DNA from: Cyanobacteria bacterium P01_F01_bin.56
Lineage (GTDB): Bacteria > Cyanobacteriota > Cyanobacteriia > Phormidesmidales > Phormidesmidaceae
Assembly: GCA_039185935.1 (NCBI GenBank)
Contig: JBCDAJ010000012.1
Span: 2,023-66,022 of the forward strand
DNA length: 64,000 nt
Direction of reading: 5' to 3'
Of the stretch, positions 60,000-64,000 are shown piece after piece. The stretch's first letter is position 1; each line of letters opens with the position of its first letter. The position numbers and the translations under genes were made by a program. The notes under the pieces were generated by a model. That model saw only the letters and a program-made list of their open reading frames with translations, did not search any database and was not told the origin of the DNA.

Positions 60000-62180
60000 G
60001 TGGTCACTGCGGTCTCTGTGCTTCCTCTAAATTCCCAAGTTTTGCCGGGTCACAACCAAGAAACCTATCAACGGCTGCAGGCTGCTGTGCAAATGACGCC
60101 GCCGCACCAAATCTGGCTGGCCACTTGTGATGATTTGCCCTTGCAGCGGCGGCTAGCCGCAACGTTAGAAGAAAGCATTCAGCCCCAAGACGCGACGGTA
60201 GACACACAACGACTGTTAGATATTCAGCAGCCAAATTTAGTGCAACAGCTCCAGAGGTGGTTGTCGCAATCATCAACTGGGTCGCCACCGTTATTCCAAA
60301 TTCTCGGCATTGAACAACTCACAAACTGTAGTTCCGATACGCAATACCAGTTTTTGCGATCGCTCCATCAGCTCCAACCGCTCTGGCCGCAATTTAAGGT
60401 CAGCATTTTGCTGTGGATGCCGCGCCCCTGGCTCAAGCAAATCCGGCGTGAGGTGCCTAATCTCAGTCGCTGGGTGTTTGAGTTTATGGGTGAGCCGACC
60501 CCCATCACCGCGATCGCTCATCAGCCCGACTTTCAGGTGGCTTTTTCGACTGTGCGGGAATGGCAGTTTTTGGGGCAAGAGCCGCCAGTGGACTCGCCAG
60601 TGCCTCACCCACCGCCTACGGACCCATCGCCAACGGACCCATCGGCAGTTGCCCCCACCCCTGTTCCCCCGGCGGCATTAACCACTGCCCCGTCGAAGGT
60701 GAACGATGATGCGAACAAGTTGGACTTGTCGGCATTTACCGAGACGTTATGGCATCAGCTGCAGGACGACTTAAGTGATTTTGAATCATCGTCAGAGAAC
60801 GCCGGTTTATCTGAGGCGGAGGTTCAGACAGCAGACGTTATGACTGAGACGGCTGAGCCACCGCTGCCGCCGCCTACAGAACTGCCCAAACCGGCAGAAC
60901 TGCCCAGTGAGGCGGTCAGAGATGAGCGCTCGCAATCGGTCATGCCGCCGCCGGCCGCCGCCGCCAGCATTCTCGCTGAGGGGCCATCTGACGTCGTCGC
61001 CCCGCCACCCGTCGATCAACACCGACTCCCTGACTGGGCCATGGCCTTTGAGTTGCGAGATCGCGTGCAGTCGGGTGACCACAGCGCCCCCACCTTAGAA
61101 ACGGCTATTCAGGTTTATGAATCGCTGCAGCCTAAACAGCCCGCCACCCCTCAGCGCACAGAAGTCTTGAATGACCTGGGTAGCCTCTATTGGCTATGGG
61201 CCCAGCAGTCAACTGCGATTGAGGAGTACTTTCAGCGATTGACCAAGAGCAGTGAAATCTATGAAACTGCGCTATCCCCCATCAGTGACCAGACGGCACC
61301 AGACGTGTTGAATCGGCTCCACAGCAACTTGGGCAGTGTGTACAGCTTGCTGGCCACCCATCAAGCTCCCTCACATTACTTAGACCAGGCCGTGCGGGCA
61401 TTTCACCGAGCGTTGCAATATGCGCCGGTCGAAACCATGCCGGAGGAATACACCCTGCTGCAAACCCATCTCGGCACCGCTTATTGGAGTTTGTCTCAAC
61501 ACTCCCAAGAGGCGACGCATTTGCATCGAGCGATCGCAGCCTATCAAGAGGCCTTGCAACAAGCTCAGCCGCAACCGGTACCCCAGCTCTACGCTCAACT
61601 GCAAAACAATTTGGGCATTGCGCTATGGAGTTTAGCCCGCCATGAACGGCCCATATTCCTACTAGAGCAAGCCATTGGGGCCTATCGTACTGCTCTGGCC
61701 TATCGCACCCGAGAGGCCGATAAACTGGGCTACGCCGCCACCCAAAACAATCTGGGAACGGCATATTGGGACTTAGGCGGACACCGCGAAGCGAATTCAC
61801 CTGCTCAACAACAGGCCTGGCGACAAGCCATTATTGCCTACGAGGCGGCGATCGCCACCGTCGAACCCACTCCAGATGCCCCCCTTAGTTTTGATCTATG
61901 GGCAGCCCACCATAGTGTTGGGGTCGTCTACGACCAGCTAGCCATTACCCTGGCGGCTAATGCGACGATTCAAGCGCCTTTGCTAGTGCGGGCGACGACA
62001 CATTACACCACCGCTTTAACGGGCTGGCAAGCGCTTGAGTCCCCGTCTACCGATACGGCCCTGCAGGCACTGATCCGCAATTTGCAGTTGCAAGCTCGGT
62101 TTTTGGGGATTGAGGTGCAGCAGCAATCGCTTAGCCAGATCCCCGCCGATTGGCTGCCAGATATTTGGCGTAAGCTTTAG
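60000..62180 (+). CDS. TPR-repeat protein with Pro-rich linker
   Basis: Repeated TPR units (LNDLGSLY, HSNLGSVY, QNNLGIAL, QNNLGTAY). Confidence 0.85.
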   Translation: MVTAVSVLPLNSQVLPGHNQETYQRLQAAVQMTPPHQIWLATCDDLPLQRRLAATLEESIQPQDATVDTQRLLDIQQPNLVQQLQRWLSQSSTGSPPLFQILGIEQLTNCSSDTQYQFLRSLHQLQPLWPQFKVSILLWMPRPWLKQIRREVPNLSRWVFEFMGEPTPITAIAHQPDFQVAFSTVREWQFLGQEPPVDSPVPHPPPTDPSPTDPSAVAPTPVPPAALTTAPSKVNDDANKLDLSAFTETLWHQLQDDLSDFESSSENAGLSEAEVQTADVMTETAEPPLPPPTELPKPAELPSEAVRDERSQSVMPPPAAAASILAEGPSDVVAPPPVDQHRLPDWAMAFELRDRVQSGDHSAPTLETAIQVYESLQPKQPATPQRTEVLNDLGSLYWLWAQQSTAIEEYFQRLTKSSEIYETALSPISDQTAPDVLNRLHSNLGSVYSLLATHQAPSHYLDQAVRAFHRALQYAPVETMPEEYTLLQTHLGTAYWSLSQHSQEATHLHRAIAAYQEALQQAQPQPVPQLYAQLQNNLGIALWSLARHERPIFLLEQAIGAYRTALAYRTREADKLGYAATQNNLGTAYWDLGGHREANSPAQQQAWRQAIIAYEAAIATVEPTPDAPLSFDLWAAHHSVGVVYDQLAITLAANATIQAPLLVRATTHYTTALTGWQALESPSTDTALQALIRNLQLQARFLGIEVQQQSLSQIPADWLPDIWRKL

Positions 62181-62200
62181 CCTCCCGATTCGCAGCGCTG

Positions 62201-62515
62201 CTAGCCCCAGCTCTCTGTGTCAGCTGCCCAAGTACTCATTGAGCGCAGTTCGTCGGGAATCTGAGCCTCGGGTGGAAATTCGAGCAGGGTTTCGCGATCG
62301 CCCAGATATCCGGATAGGGCAAAAGACGTCAACAGGCGGCATAGAGCAATCCAAACGGATTGTTCAAACTCCCAAGCCTGGTCAAAGCGCGCCGTATCGG
62401 CGATCGACTTGAGCGCCCAAAAATAACTGTTGCGCACGATCGAGCCCTGTTTTTTATACGTCGGCACATCGTCCTGGTGAATGAGCAAAATGGATGAATT
62501 TAGATAACAGCGCAT
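62201..62515 (-). CDS. Conserved hypothetical cyanobacterial protein
   Basis: GSIVRNSYFWAL..VWIALCRLLTSFALSGYLG; start uncertain. Confidence 0.7.
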   Translation of the reverse strand: MRCYLNSSILLIHQDDVPTYKKQGSIVRNSYFWALKSIADTARFDQAWEFEQSVWIALCRLLTSFALSGYLGDRETLLEFPPEAQIPDELRSMSTWAADTESWG

Positions 62516-62652
62516 AATCTCTAGAATTGCCGCAGCAGCCTACAGCGCTGCCCGGACGGCGCCCCCGGATGCCCACAATGGTCAAGGGTTTGATACCTTA
62601 AGCAAGAGGTCATTCGTACCTCAAGGCCCTTTTGTCACTTCATTCCTACTCT

Positions 62653-63504
62653 ATGACAGCCGCCGTTTGCGTTCAAAATTTGCACAAAGTCTACAACAGT
62701 CTCCACGTCGTGAATGACCTGTCACTGACGATTCAACCGGGCGAGAGTTTTGGACTGTTGGGGCCAAATGGAGCCGGTAAGTCAACCACTATTCGCATGT
62801 TGACGACGTTGACGCAGCCTTCTGACGGCAATTTAGTCGTCGCGGGGTATGACGTTCAGCGCGATCCGATGGATGTGCGACGACAGATTGGGGTGGTGCT
62901 GCAGCAAACCAGCGTTGATGGCGACCTCACCGTTTGGGAAAATATGGAGCTGCACGGGCGGATGCACCATATTCCCAGTCCTCAGCGCCAAAAGCGCATT
63001 GATGAATGGCTAGGGTTTGTAGAGCTTAACGATCGCCGTGATAGCAAAGTCAAAACCTTATCGGGCGGGATGAAACGCCGGTTGCAAATTGCCCGCGCGC
63101 TGCTCCACAATCCCAAAATTTTGTTTCTGGACGAACCCACAGTGGGGCTTGACCCGCAGACTCGCCGCCGCCTGTGGGAAATCATTCGCTCTCTTAATCA
63201 GCAGGGCATGACCATGCTGCTGACGACCCATTACATGGAAGAGGTGGAATTTCTCTGCAATCGGATCGGCATTCTCGATCAAGGTCAGCTGATTGCCCTC
63301 GGCACCTTGGCAGAACTGCGACAGCAACATGGCGAAGGCATTTTGATGCGCCAAACCGACGATCGCTGGGATTATCAATTCTTTTCCACTCTGGCCGAAG
63401 CAAATGCTTACTTTGAGCAACAGCCCGATAAAACCGGAATGATGACGCGCCCTTCGAATTTAGAAGATATCTTTGTAGAGCTCACCGGTCGCAATCTGGA
63501 TTAA
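62653..63504 (+). CDS. ABC transporter ATP-binding protein (NodI/DrrA-like)
   Basis: GPNGAGKST, LSGGMKRRL, LFLDEPT, TTHYMEE. Confidence 0.95.
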   Translation: MTAAVCVQNLHKVYNSLHVVNDLSLTIQPGESFGLLGPNGAGKSTTIRMLTTLTQPSDGNLVVAGYDVQRDPMDVRRQIGVVLQQTSVDGDLTVWENMELHGRMHHIPSPQRQKRIDEWLGFVELNDRRDSKVKTLSGGMKRRLQIARALLHNPKILFLDEPTVGLDPQTRRRLWEIIRSLNQQGMTMLLTTHYMEEVEFLCNRIGILDQGQLIALGTLAELRQQHGEGILMRQTDDRWDYQFFSTLAEANAYFEQQPDKTGMMTRPSNLEDIFVELTGRNLD

Positions 63505-63512
63505 ACGCCGCC

Positions 63513-64000
63513 ATGCCTAAACTGGCCAGCGTCATCGAAGCTATTTTGTACCTCAAGGGCCGCCCCCTCAATGTTGCTCACCTGGCTGAATATGCCGGGT
63601 GCGATCGCGAAATGGCCGAAGAGGGCCTGATGGAACTCATGAACGAGTATGCCCATCGCGAGAGTGCCTTAGAAATTGTGGAAACTAAAGATGGGTACTG
63701 TCTGCAGCTTAAATCAGGCTTTCGGCATCTGGTGGATACCTTGATTCCGTTAGATTTAGGGGTGGGGGCACTGCGAACGCTGGCCGCGATCGCCCTCCGT
63801 GGCCCGCTGGCTCAGACCGAGCTCATCGAGATTCGCGGCTCTGGCGCTTATCAACATGTCAGTGAGCTAGTGAACTTGGGTTTTGTGCGCAAGCGCCGCC
63901 AATCTGACGGGCGCTCCTTTTGGCTGCAAGTGACGAACAAATTTCATCAACACTTTGAAATTGATGATTTACCCGCTTTTACTCAACAGGCAACTCAGCC
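63513..64000 (+). CDS. scpB: SMC-Scp complex subunit ScpB (partial, runs off the window)
   Basis: Manual translation MPKLASVIEAILYLKGRPL..ALRTLAAIALRGPLAQTELIEIRGSGAYQHVSEL. Confidence 0.92.
   Translation, partial: MPKLASVIEAILYLKGRPLNVAHLAEYAGCDREMAEEGLMELMNEYAHRESALEIVETKDGYCLQLKSGFRHLVDTLIPLDLGVGALRTLAAIALRGPLAQTELIEIRGSGAYQHVSELVNLGFVRKRRQSDGRSFWLQVTNKFHQHFEIDDLPAFTQQATQ

Larger units (their letters stand above)
1..64000. repeat. HIP1 octamer GCGATCGC dispersed through the window
   Basis: Many exact GCGATCGC palindromes in coding and intergenic DNA; a known hallmark of cyanobacterial genomes. Confidence 0.95.

Overview
Cyanobacterial chromosomal window. The HIP1 octamer GCGATCGC is abundant, and the gene content and PsaA sequence suggest a filamentous Leptolyngbya/Nodosilinea-like lineage (inference). 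Most of it is core genes: psaAB, purA, purD, aspS, rplY, gmk, ctaA/ctaB, tex, larB, gloB and scpB. Accessory patches are a higBA toxin-antitoxin pair with an SMI1/KNR4 gene, an IS110 relic, two MITE-like families (2 and 3 copies), an smtA/smtB zinc locus (smtA is not in the ORF track), a proteobacterial-type metK-ahcY pair and an internally deleted pcyA relic. The best candidate for an undescribed system is at 45.6-51.2 kb: a CBS-pair + HEPN (RNNLAH) protein sits head-to-head with a NACHT/STAND NTPase that carries ten shuffled 99-bp HEAT-like repeats, followed by a frameshifted Uma2 nuclease gene. No tRNA, rRNA or CRISPR array was seen. All annotation is by eye, without database searches.
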